From Minisyncoccota bacterium (GTDB taxonomy: Bacteria; Patescibacteriota; Minisyncoccia; Phycocordibacterales; UBA9973), in assembly GCA_041659205.1 (NCBI GenBank), contig JBAZYS010000001.1:123166-187165 (forward strand): a stretch of DNA of 64,000 bases, given 5' to 3'. Both the position numbers and the translations under genes were made by a program. Positions 40,703 through 50,300 of this stretch are shown here, one piece after another (the stretch's first letter is position 1; each line of letters begins with the position of its first letter). The notes under the pieces are model-generated. The model was not told the origin of the DNA and ran no database searches. It saw only the letters and a program-made list of their open reading frames with translations.

Positions 40703-41506
40703 TTACTTCATTTCTCCTTTAAATACACACACAGCAGGACCAGTGAGCCAGATGTTTTCGTAAGTCCCATTTTTATTTTTTTCAAATTCTACCTTGAGGT
40801 CTCCTCCAGGCATTTTAATATGACAAATATTATCTTTCAAAATTCCCAAGTGGTGGGAAGCGACAGCTACAGAGCAAGCTCCTGTTCCACAAGCTAAAGT
40901 TTCATCTTCTACTCCGCGTTCATATGTACGGACATGAAAAACTCCATCCTTATGTTCTACATAATTTATGTTTACTCCTTTTGGATTTTTTCCATTGTCA
41001 CGAATTTTTTGTGCTTCTGTGCAGACAGGGTAATTTTCAATGTTTTCTATGTATTGGATATGGTGAGGGGTTGTGCCTGAATGTAAAAAGGTTAAATCGT
41101 TCTGGATACTAATCTCGGATACATCTTGCATTTTTAGCTTTATGAGTCCACTTTTTAATATTTCTGCTTCGTGTTCGCCGTCTATGGCAATGAATTTTAT
41201 TTTTTTAGGATTCCCGCCATGGCGAGCAGGTTTAATAATTTTTAAAATATTATTGGCAAAGTGCACAAGACAGCGTCCACCATTGCCGCACATGGGGCCC
41301 ATCGAACCATCATTATTTATAAAAACCATTTTGAAGTCATAACCTTTTTGTTTCTCTAGGAGTATTATACCATCAGCCCCCACACCAAAACGTCTATGGC
41401 ACAGTAGCTTTATTTTTTCCACATCATAAATATCAAACTTTTTATCACGATTATCTATCATGACAAAGTCATTTCCGGCACCATGATATTTGTAAAATTT
41501 AAGCAT
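40703..41506 (-). CDS. dapF: Diaminopimelate epimerase
   Basis: HGAGNDF, MCGNGGRC, ERGVEDETLACGTG. Confidence 0.95.
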   Translation of the reverse strand: MLKFYKYHGAGNDFVMIDNRDKKFDIYDVEKIKLLCHRRFGVGADGIILLEKQKGYDFKMVFINNDGSMGPMCGNGGRCLVHFANNILKIIKPARHGGNPKKIKFIAIDGEHEAEILKSGLIKLKMQDVSEISIQNDLTFLHSGTTPHHIQYIENIENYPVCTEAQKIRDNGKNPKGVNINYVEHKDGVFHVRTYERGVEDETLACGTGACSVAVASHHLGILKDNICHIKMPGGDLKVEFEKNKNGTYENIWLTGPAVCVFKGEMK

Positions 41507-41518
41507 GTTTTGATTATA

Positions 41519-41559
41519 CCCCGTAGTAAAATTTTTCTCAAAATTTACTACTGGGCAGG
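41519..41559 (-). repeat. CYTGYC-led REP-like hairpin in the dapF/rpiB divergent promoter region
   Basis: cctgcc-cagtagtaaattttgagaaaaattttactacgggg. Confidence 0.6.
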
Positions 41560-41598
41560 CTATATTTATTCTTTTTTAAAAATGTTATTATATTAGAT

Positions 41599-42081
41599 AT
41601 GAAGATATATATTGGCTCGGATCATGTAGGGTATGAACTAAAAGAAAAACTTAAAATATACTTTAGTGAGCTTGGTAATGCCGTAGAAGATAAAGGTGCT
41701 CTTAATTATGATGAAAATGATGATTATCCGGACTTTATAACTCCTGTAGCGCAAGCTGTTGCGGGGGAAGCTCTGAGCTTCGGAATTATATTGGGTGGTT
41801 CAGGTCAAGGCGAAGCAATGTGTGCTAATAGAGTGCATGGTGCACGAGCTGCTGTATTTTATGGAGAAGCCTTACCGAAGGACACTATCGATATAAAAGG
41901 TAAAAAAAGCATAGACCCTTTTGAAATTATAAAACTTGCTCGCATTCACAACAATGCAAATATCTTATCTTTAGCGGTGCGATTCTTGTCTGAAGATGAA
42001 ATAAAATTTGCGATAGAACTTTTTATGTCTACAAAATTTGAAGGTGAAGAAAGACACGTTCGAAGAATTAATAAATTTTAA
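41599..42081 (+). CDS. rpiB: Ribose-5-phosphate isomerase B (LGGSGxGE, Cys-less type)
   Basis: IGSDHVGYELK, DDYPD, HNNAN, RHVRRI. Confidence 0.93.
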   Translation: MKIYIGSDHVGYELKEKLKIYFSELGNAVEDKGALNYDENDDYPDFITPVAQAVAGEALSFGIILGGSGQGEAMCANRVHGARAAVFYGEALPKDTIDIKGKKSIDPFEIIKLARIHNNANILSLAVRFLSEDEIKFAIELFMSTKFEGEERHVRRINKF

Positions 42082-42084
42082 TAT

Positions 42085-42783
42085 ATGGCTGAAATAACTC
42101 CAGCGATTTTAGAAAAAGATTATGGCGAAATAAAGAACAAGCTTACTTTTTTGCGTGGGCGAGTGAAAACCGTGCAGCTTGATATTTGTGACGGTATTTT
42201 TGTTGAAAATCAAACTTGGCCTTTTGCAACGGGCGGTTTTGATGACCATGATTTTGTTAAAATTTTAAATGAAGAAGAGGGTTTGCCATTTTGGACTGAT
42301 TTTGATTTTGAGTTTGATTTAATGGTAGCAGATGCTGTAGAAAATTTTGAAACTTATATGAAGCTCGGACCCAAAAGAATGATTTTTCATTTAAGCGCCC
42401 AGAAGGATTTGAAAGAATTCGAGGATTTCTTGGAAGGATTGGATATGTATATACGAGATAACGTGGAAATAGGGCTTGCTTTCAAACCTAGTGATGATTT
42501 GAGTATTGTTTCTAAATTCTCACATAAGGTTGATTTCTTGCAGTGTATGGGTTCTGACAAGATAGGTCACCAAGGTGAAGTATTTTCTATTAAAGCATTA
42601 GAAAATATAAAATATTTTAAAACAAATTTTCCTGGAATTGTAATGTCTGTAGATATAGGAATTAATTTAAAAAATGCGGAAGAGTTGCTTGATGCTGGTG
42701 TGGACAGGCTTACAGTAGGTTCTGGTATTTGGAAAAGTTCTGATCCGATTGACGCTTTAGAAAATTTTCAAAGCTTGGTATAG
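42085..42783 (+). CDS. rpe: Ribulose-phosphate 3-epimerase
   Basis: PAIL, QLDICDGIFV, DLMV, VDIGIN, VGSGI; lies between rpiB and tkt. Confidence 0.85.
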   Translation: MAEITPAILEKDYGEIKNKLTFLRGRVKTVQLDICDGIFVENQTWPFATGGFDDHDFVKILNEEEGLPFWTDFDFEFDLMVADAVENFETYMKLGPKRMIFHLSAQKDLKEFEDFLEGLDMYIRDNVEIGLAFKPSDDLSIVSKFSHKVDFLQCMGSDKIGHQGEVFSIKALENIKYFKTNFPGIVMSVDIGINLKNAEELLDAGVDRLTVGSGIWKSSDPIDALENFQSLV

Positions 42784-42816
42784 TATAATTAATACAATGC
42801 TTTTAACTGAAGATAA

Positions 42817-42850
42817 CCCCGAAGGAAAGCAAAGCTTCCTACGGGGCAAG
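42817..42850 (-). repeat. CYTGYC-led REP-like hairpin upstream of transketolase
   Basis: cttgcc-ccgtaggaagctttgctttccttcgggg. Confidence 0.6.
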
Positions 42851-42864
42851 AATTTTAGAATATT

Positions 42865-43710
42865 ATGTCTTACTTAACAGATGAACAAATAAAAGATTTA
42901 GAGAAAAAAGCGAATGATATTCGTATATCTATTATTGAAATGCTTGTAGAAGCAAAGTCTGGACATACCGCAGGGCCACTCGGTATGGCAGATATTTTTA
43001 CACTTTTTTATTTCCACATTCTAAAACATGACCCAAAGAATCCATCTTGGGAAGAGCGTGACAGGTTAGTGCTTTCAAATGGACACATTTGTCCGGTACT
43101 TTATTCCACGATGGCGCATGCTGGATATTTTCCCGTAAAAGAATTAATGACTTTAAGAAAATTCGGCACTAGACTTCAAGGACATCCTCACAGAGAATAT
43201 TTGCCTTATGTTGAGAATTCTTCCGGGCCTCTGGGCTCTGGGCTTTCACAGGCTGTGGGTATGGCGCTCGCTGATAAAATGGATAAAAAAGAAAATGATA
43301 GATATATATATTGTTTTATGTCTGATGGAGAAATGGATGAAGGGAATACCTGGGAAGCAATAATGCTTGCGGGGAAACATAAATTACATAATTTGATTGC
43401 AGTTGTTGATAGAAACAATATTCAAATAGAGGGAGTCACCGAAGACATTATGCCCCTTGAACCTTTTCATGCAAAATGGAAATCTTTTAATTGGCATGTG
43501 ATAGAAGTTTCTGGACATGATTTTAGGTCATTAAATGAAGTAATAGAAGAAGCTCAAGCAGTCTATGAGAAGCCAACAGTTATCATTGCGCATACAATAC
43601 CAGGGAAAGGCGTAAAAGAATTTGAGAAAAATTATAAATGGCATGGTAAACCACCAACAAAAGAAGAAGGGAAAATGGCATTAAAAGAATTAAGAAATAA
43701 TAGATACTAA
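42865..43710 (+). CDS. Transketolase N-terminal subunit
   Basis: SGHTAG, RDRLVLSNGH, LQGHP, SDGEMDEG, WHGK. Confidence 0.95.
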   Translation: MSYLTDEQIKDLEKKANDIRISIIEMLVEAKSGHTAGPLGMADIFTLFYFHILKHDPKNPSWEERDRLVLSNGHICPVLYSTMAHAGYFPVKELMTLRKFGTRLQGHPHREYLPYVENSSGPLGSGLSQAVGMALADKMDKKENDRYIYCFMSDGEMDEGNTWEAIMLAGKHKLHNLIAVVDRNNIQIEGVTEDIMPLEPFHAKWKSFNWHVIEVSGHDFRSLNEVIEEAQAVYEKPTVIIAHTIPGKGVKEFEKNYKWHGKPPTKEEGKMALKELRNNRY

Positions 43711-43711
43711 A

Positions 43712-44722
43712 GTGTTAAATCCAAAATTAAAATTAAATCCAAAAATTTTCAACGATGCAGGAGAAAATGCATGCGAGCAAGTTCCGATCCGAAAAGGTTT
43801 CGGGCAAGGCTTACTTGCGGCCGGCGAGGCTGATGTGAATGTCGTAGGGCTTTGCGCTGATCTTACAGAAAGCACACAGATGAATTTATTTGCCGATAAA
43901 TTTCCAAATCGGTTTATTCAAGTTGGAGTGGCTGAGCAGAATCTAGCGACAGTTGCGTCCGGGATGGCTGCTATGGGGAAGATTCCATTCTGTTCTTCTT
44001 ATGCGATGTTTTCTCCAGGAAGAAATTGGGAACAAATAAGAACGACAATTGCTTATAATGATAGGAAAGTTGTAATCGTTGGTTCACATTCTGGTATTTC
44101 TGTAGGTCCTGATGGAGGTACACATCAAGCATTAGAAGATATTGCTCTTATGCGGGTAATTCCTAATATGGATGTCATTTCTCCTTGCGATGCGATAGAA
44201 GCGAAAAAGGCTACACTTGCGCTCGTGAAAACTACTCGGCCTGCTTACTTGCGTTTAGTTCGTGAGAAGACACCGATAATAACCACAGAGGAAACTCCTT
44301 TTGATATAAATAAAGCAGAAATTTATTGGATGCCAGATGTAGGATTTGCTCAAGTGGGAATAATTGCAACGGGTGGACTTTTACATCGAGCTATTCTTGC
44401 TGCAAAAGAACTTGAAGCTGAGGGTATAAAAAGTAAAGTAATGAACTTGGCTACCATCAAGCCCATAGATAGTGATGCAATAATTGCTCTCGCAAAAGAA
44501 ACTAAAGCAGTTGTGACAATAGAGGAACATCAAATAAATGGGGGTATGGGTTCGGCTGTGGCAGAAGTACTCGCACAAAATTTCTCAGTACCCATAGAAT
44601 TTATTGGAATAAAAGATAAATTTGGTCAGTCAGGCACACCCGATGAACTCATCGAACATTATGGTATGGGAAAAAATTCTATAAAAGAAGCAGTTAAAAA
44701 AGTGATAGCTAGAAAAATATAA
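43712..44722 (+). CDS. Transketolase C-terminal subunit
   Basis: ADLTES, GVAEQN, GPDGGTHQ, EEHQINGG. Confidence 0.95.
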   Translation: MLNPKLKLNPKIFNDAGENACEQVPIRKGFGQGLLAAGEADVNVVGLCADLTESTQMNLFADKFPNRFIQVGVAEQNLATVASGMAAMGKIPFCSSYAMFSPGRNWEQIRTTIAYNDRKVVIVGSHSGISVGPDGGTHQALEDIALMRVIPNMDVISPCDAIEAKKATLALVKTTRPAYLRLVREKTPIITTEETPFDINKAEIYWMPDVGFAQVGIIATGGLLHRAILAAKELEAEGIKSKVMNLATIKPIDSDAIIALAKETKAVVTIEEHQINGGMGSAVAEVLAQNFSVPIEFIGIKDKFGQSGTPDELIEHYGMGKNSIKEAVKKVIARKI

Positions 44723-44815
44723 AATAAGCTTTTTGAGGGGTTTCGAGGCTGACGAGCCGAGAATTTCAGGATTTTTTAAGCTTCAAAAAATCCGTACCGG
44801 TAAAAGTTTATTTTA
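44720..44815 (+). repeat. Structured palindromic element, copy C (between convergent tkt-C and PfkB kinase)
   Basis: 62-bp core 44737-44798; 14-bp arms (13/14) include both stop codons. Confidence 0.9.
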
Positions 44816-45808
44816 GAGTTTTTCTGCTTTGTAGCTTTCAGGAGCCTTAGACAAATATTCCTCTAGTTTTTCTTTTGAAAGGAGTCCTTTTTGAGCACCA
44901 ATTTCTTGAACCACAGACATAGAATTTATGGGTGCCCAAGCGAAGGCTTCAAGTGGAGTTTTACCTAAAGCTAGTGCTGCAGTAAATGTGGAAGAAAAAG
45001 CATCTCCAGCCCCAGTACGGTCTAGAGGAGGAGCGATGTCAGGATATACTGGCATGTGATAGAGTTCATCATTCAAATACAGATAAGCACCATTTGGCCC
45101 GTCAGAAATTACAACTATTTTAGGACCTAAAGCTTGCATCCCTTTCGATAAAGTTAAGATGTCATTGCTGGGTATACCAAGAATCTTTTCAGCTTCTTCC
45201 ATATTACAGAAAAATATTTCGGTTCTACTATAAATGTCTTTTAATTTTTCTGCACCTAGTTTTATCTGGAAAGTTCCTGGTTGGAAAGCGAGCTTTGTTT
45301 CGGGATGATTTTTTAAATATTCTGCTATTTCTAAATGGTAATCTAGGGAATTTTCTGCGAGGGAACTCAAGTATATCCAGCCAACTTTTTCTATTTTTGG
45401 GAATTTATAATTAAATTTTTCATGTTTGATTAATATTGTACGGTCAACATTGTACCAGAGTACATAATGATAGTTTGTATTTTTATCTTTTTCGATTGTG
45501 ACATAGTCGGTGATGACATTGTCATTTTTTAAACTAACTATGCAATCTTCTCCATTTTTATCATTTCCGATATTTGTAATGACGGCGGAGCGCAGACCAA
45601 GTCTAGCAGCTGACACAGCAGCATTTGGACTATTTCCTACTGCGGGAACAATGGTGACAGATTCATAAGGAACCTTGTCTCCGAAACGGACACAAAGTTC
45701 ACGTGTGCCGTGGTCCAACATTTCTTCTGCATCTTTTAGTCGTATAAAAGCATCTATGACAATATCCCCAATTGCTAGGAAATCTATTTTATTTTCATTA
45801 GTAGTCAT
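44813..45808 (-). CDS. PfkB-family carbohydrate kinase
   Basis: GNSPNAAVSAARLG, DRTGAGDAF. Confidence 0.92.
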   Translation of the reverse strand: MTTNENKIDFLAIGDIVIDAFIRLKDAEEMLDHGTRELCVRFGDKVPYESVTIVPAVGNSPNAAVSAARLGLRSAVITNIGNDKNGEDCIVSLKNDNVITDYVTIEKDKNTNYHYVLWYNVDRTILIKHEKFNYKFPKIEKVGWIYLSSLAENSLDYHLEIAEYLKNHPETKLAFQPGTFQIKLGAEKLKDIYSRTEIFFCNMEEAEKILGIPSNDILTLSKGMQALGPKIVVISDGPNGAYLYLNDELYHMPVYPDIAPPLDRTGAGDAFSSTFTAALALGKTPLEAFAWAPINSMSVVQEIGAQKGLLSKEKLEEYLSKAPESYKAEKL

Positions 45809-45851
45809 GATAATATTGTAGCATATTATAAAATATTAAAAAATTTTCATA

Positions 45852-47297
45852 ATGAAGAAATCAATTTCGGTTTTTGTGTTGGTTTTTTTCTTTTTAGTGG
45901 TTCATCCAGCTTTTGCTAGTTTAAGTATTAATGAGATAAATTATGATTTATCTGGTTCGGATTCTACGAGTAGCAAGGCTCGAGAATGGGTGGAAATTTA
46001 TAATCCTGGTCCCACAGATGTTTCCATTGATGCTACTAAATGGAGATTTTATGATGGAGGAGGGAATAGGACAATAAACGGTGAAGTAGATTTTTCTATT
46101 CCTGCTAATAGTTATGTTATTTTTGCTGGAGACAAAGATACATTTCTTGCGGATCATTCTGGTTTTGGAGGATTAGTTTATGATACTGGCTTTACAAGTT
46201 TAAATAATACAGGGGCGACACTAAAAATTTTAGACCAAGATGGAAATTCTGTCGATGAAGTTAGTTATACATCTTCACAGGGCGGAGCAGGAGATGGAAA
46301 TACTTTGCAAAAAATATCAGGTTCATGGGGTGGCGCAATACCGACACCTGGAATAGCAAATGAAGCTGTCTCTACACCACCCCCTGCTTCTTCTTCAGGT
46401 GGTGGCGGAAGTTCTAACTTATCTACTGCCAATACATCCACAACAGAAACAAAAATAAAAGTAGTTGAAATTCCTAAAATTAAAACTCAAATATTCACCC
46501 AAAATCTTGGTTATGTTAATTTGCCAATTGTTTTTGATGTGATGACTTTAGGATACAGTGGGGAGCAATTACATTATGGAAAATATTATTGGAATTTTGG
46601 CGATGGTGATTCTAAAGAAATACAATTAAATAATAGTAGCAAATTTGCCCATACTTATTTTTATCCTGGAGATTACGTTGTTTCTCTTTCTTATTATTCA
46701 AATTATTACTCAGACAACATAGACGCCTCAGCGCAAAGTACTATAAAAATAGTTGAAGCTGATGTTGTGATATCTAGAGTGGGCGATGAAAAAGATTTTT
46801 TTATTGAGCTATCAAACAATACTGACTACAGTGCTGATCTTTCAAATTGGTCTCTATCGTCTGATAATAAAAGTTTTACAATTCCACGAAATACTATTTT
46901 GGCATCGAAAAAGAAAATGATTATTTCTCCAAAAATTACTGGTTTTATTATAACCGATAAAGATAGTTTAAAATTAATAAATTCAAATATGGAAGTCGTG
47001 TTTGATCATGCTGTTCCTTTAGTTAGGCAAGATTTAATAGTAACTGCAAAAACGGACGTTGGACGTCCGACTGTAATTTCTACGGTAGAAGATATTGCTT
47101 CACCAATTGTTCCATTAGAAAATCTTGGAGCCAATGTATTGCAGAGTGATGCATTGGAAAATAATTCAGATAACACATATTGGCCTATAATTTTTACAGT
47201 TATTTTGGCGGGAGTTGGAGCGGGAGGAGTTTATTTTATCCGTCAGAAAAGGGTTATTCCTGGAGAGGGGGAAGATTTTGAAATTTTAGATGAGTAG
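45852..47297 (+). CDS. Secreted lamin-tail-domain and PKD protein with C-terminal TM
   Basis: INEINYD...EWVEIYN, YYWNFGDG...HTYFYPGDY, C-terminal hydrophobic helix. Confidence 0.85.
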   Translation: MKKSISVFVLVFFFLVVHPAFASLSINEINYDLSGSDSTSSKAREWVEIYNPGPTDVSIDATKWRFYDGGGNRTINGEVDFSIPANSYVIFAGDKDTFLADHSGFGGLVYDTGFTSLNNTGATLKILDQDGNSVDEVSYTSSQGGAGDGNTLQKISGSWGGAIPTPGIANEAVSTPPPASSSGGGGSSNLSTANTSTTETKIKVVEIPKIKTQIFTQNLGYVNLPIVFDVMTLGYSGEQLHYGKYYWNFGDGDSKEIQLNNSSKFAHTYFYPGDYVVSLSYYSNYYSDNIDASAQSTIKIVEADVVISRVGDEKDFFIELSNNTDYSADLSNWSLSSDNKSFTIPRNTILASKKKMIISPKITGFIITDKDSLKLINSNMEVVFDHAVPLVRQDLIVTAKTDVGRPTVISTVEDIASPIVPLENLGANVLQSDALENNSDNTYWPIIFTVILAGVGAGGVYFIRQKRVIPGEGEDFEILDE

Positions 47298-47316
47298 CAG
47301 CATTTTACTATATTAG

Positions 47317-47325
47317 TTATCCACA
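47317..47325 (+). promoter_or_regulatory. Single consensus DnaA box
   Basis: TTATCCACA in the intergenic region upstream of the 47373 promoter. Confidence 0.35.
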
Positions 47326-47372
47326 TAGATATATTTTTCTAGGGTGTTTTTTGATATAATACAATAGTTATC

Positions 47373-50300
47373 GTGAATAAAATGTTAAACAAAAAGACTT
47401 TTAGTTTATTTCTAAAAAAGTTGTTACTTTTAGGTTTTTCTGTGTTTGTAATTTTCTCATTTGCTACTCCTACTTTTGCATTTAATCCTTTTACATATAT
47501 TATCGATACTATAAGTAATTTTATAAATCCTCCAGCCCCTACAGTTCCTATCACTCCTCCTATCTCAAAGCCAGCAGTTAAATCGACAACTGTAAAAAAA
47601 GTTACACCTCCAGTTGTAGTTCCTCCTTCAGAGATAAATACACCACCAGTAAGAACAATAACAGTGCAAGGTCCCGCAGGTCCAAGAGGTCCAGCTGGTC
47701 CACAGGGTGCACAAGGTCCAGCCGGACCAGCAGGACAAACGATAATGTCTCAACCTTCTAGTTACACACCTATACCTGTCAGCTATGCAAATATCGGTAT
47801 TATTCAAGCTAACCCAGCGACCAACTTCGGTGGTAGTAGTATTTTTTCTGCGACAGATTTATCTTCAAGTCACTTCACTACCAATACTGCAAAAGTGACA
47901 GATCTAACTGTAACCGGGAGTTCAACCTTAGGAGCTTTAAATATTGTTGGAAATTCCACTCTCACGGGTAATTTAAATGTTACTGGAAATTCCATTCTTA
48001 CTGGAAACTTAAATGTAACTGGTGCAATCACTGGTTCAATTAACCCAAGTCTTACCCTCGGTTCGGTTTATTTTCAAGGAGCAAGTGGAATGACCGAAGA
48101 TAATGCAAACTTTTTTTATGATGAGACGAACCATAGATTAGGGTTGGGAACAGTTACCCCGACTTCTAAATTGGAAATAAATAGTACAGCAGCACCAACA
48201 GGTGCTGAGCTCATTACGAATGGAACATTTACTGGAGGTACAACGGGGTGGACGTTAGGAACTGACGTTGCTTATGGAACAAATAATGTCATAAGTACAT
48301 ATAATGGAGGTGATCCAAGTATTTCTACTACTTTTGATACAGTTTCAGGAAATACATATATTTTTACATTTGTAGTATCGAATGCGAATACTTCAGGACA
48401 AATATATTTTAGCAACAATACAAGTCCTTCTAGTAATATTTTTGTAAATGGAACATACAGTGTTATTTTTCAAGCTAATTTTACAGGTACAGATACTGTA
48501 AATTTTAATGATATTAGTTTTGTTGTCGGAGATACTTGGACAATTGATAATGTTTCGATAAAGCAAACAAATATATCTCCTGCGCTAAAAATTATTGGTT
48601 ATGATGGGGCTACTTGGTTTTCTTTGGGTTCAGATATATTAGGCAATATTGCGTTGGGTAGTTCAGCGCTTTCTTCTAATACTGTAGGTTATGGGAATAC
48701 AGCTACTGGATATCAATCTCTTTTTTCTAATACAACAGGACGTGACAATACAGCTTTAGGGAATAAAGCACTTTATTCTAACACTACAGGTATTAGAAAT
48801 ACAGCAATCGGACAGAATTCCTTAACTTTCAATACAACAGGTCAAGACAATACTGCAACAGGAAGGGAAACTTTAAAATATAACACAACAGGGAGGTATA
48901 ATACTGCAAATGGTTTGTATGCTCTTACTTTCAACACAACTGGTCAAAACAATACTGCAGTTGGTATTCATGCTCTTTATTCAAATACGATAGGTTCTAA
49001 CAATACTGCTAGTGGTAATTCTACGCTTAACTCAAATACTACTGGATATTACAATACTGCCCAGGGTTCCTTGGCCCTTTATGATTTAACTGGTGAGGCT
49101 GCTGTGACTGCTGGGTCATTTAATGTTGGAACAGAATACACAATTGAAACTTTAGGAGATACAGATTTTACTCTTGTTGGTGCTGGAATTAATGCTGTTG
49201 GAGAAATATTTACAGCTACCGATGTTGGTTCTGGTACAGGTACGGCTACTTTAAATACTGGAAATAACACTGCGCTTGGTTACAATACAGGAAGAGGAAT
49301 TGTTACCGGAATAAACAATACAATAATCGGAGCAAATGTTACGGGGCTTGATGCTGCTCTTTCTGGTAATATTATTATTGCTGACGGTCAAGGAAATAGA
49401 AGAATAAATGTGGATAGTTTAGGTAAAGTAGGTATCGGTACAACAACACCTACTGCTAAATTGGAAATAAGTGGTACAGCAACACCAACAGGTGCTGAGC
49501 TCATTACGAATGGAACATTTACAGGGAGCGCAGTTGGGTGGACATTAGGAACTGATGTTGTGTTTAACGCAGGGACTGATAATGTAACGAGTACTTATGC
49601 AGGTGGTGATCCAAATATTTCCACGACATTTGAAACTGTAGCAGGAAATACATATCTTCTTACTTTTACAGTCTCAAGTGCAAATGCTCCAATGTATTTT
49701 TTCCTTAGTAATTTCTTTAATTATTTTTCAGGTCCATTCGTAAATGGTACACATACTGTTGCTTTTCAGACTGATTTTACCGGGACAGAGACAATAAACT
49801 TTTCTAATTCCAATAATGTTGTAACTGATGCTTTTACGCTTGATGATGTTTCAATCAGACAAACAACCCTATTGTCTCCTGGTTTAAAAGTTATTGGTTA
49901 TGATGGGAATACATGGCTTTCTGTTGGTGGGGATATTTTAGGGAATACTGCGTTAGGTAATTCATCATTAACTTCTAACACCACGGGTAAAAATAATACT
50001 GCAAATGGTTTACGGGCCCTTTATTCTAATACTATTGGTGATTTTAATACTGCGAATGGTAAGGACGCCCTTTTTTCTAACACCGATGGTTCTGACAACA
50101 CAGCTACCGGTTTATCTGCTTTAAGATTTAATACTAATGGCTCCCAAAATACTGCCAATGGTGCGTATGCATTAAATTTTAATGATAGTGGTGGTGACAA
50201 TACTGCTAATGGTTTTGCTGCTCTCTATCGTAATACTGGAGGTGTTAATAACACCGCGAGTGGTGCTTCAGCCCTTTATTCAAATTTAGGTAGTGAAGTA

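Noticed and set aside
35045-44736. Invertible 9.7-kb segment between the identical inverted 62-bp cores
   Set aside because: No recombinase is present, and each core still sits within its own matching arms, which an inversion would have mismatched.
44749-44756. CTGACGAG in the repeat core resembles a hammerhead CUGANGA box
   Set aside because: No stem II closed before a GAAA and no stem I/III arrangement is evident; the bases instead form a covarying hairpin.
47300-47372. oriC at the DnaA box
   Set aside because: Only one box in a ~75-nt gap, with no dnaA/dnaN or unwinding element nearby.
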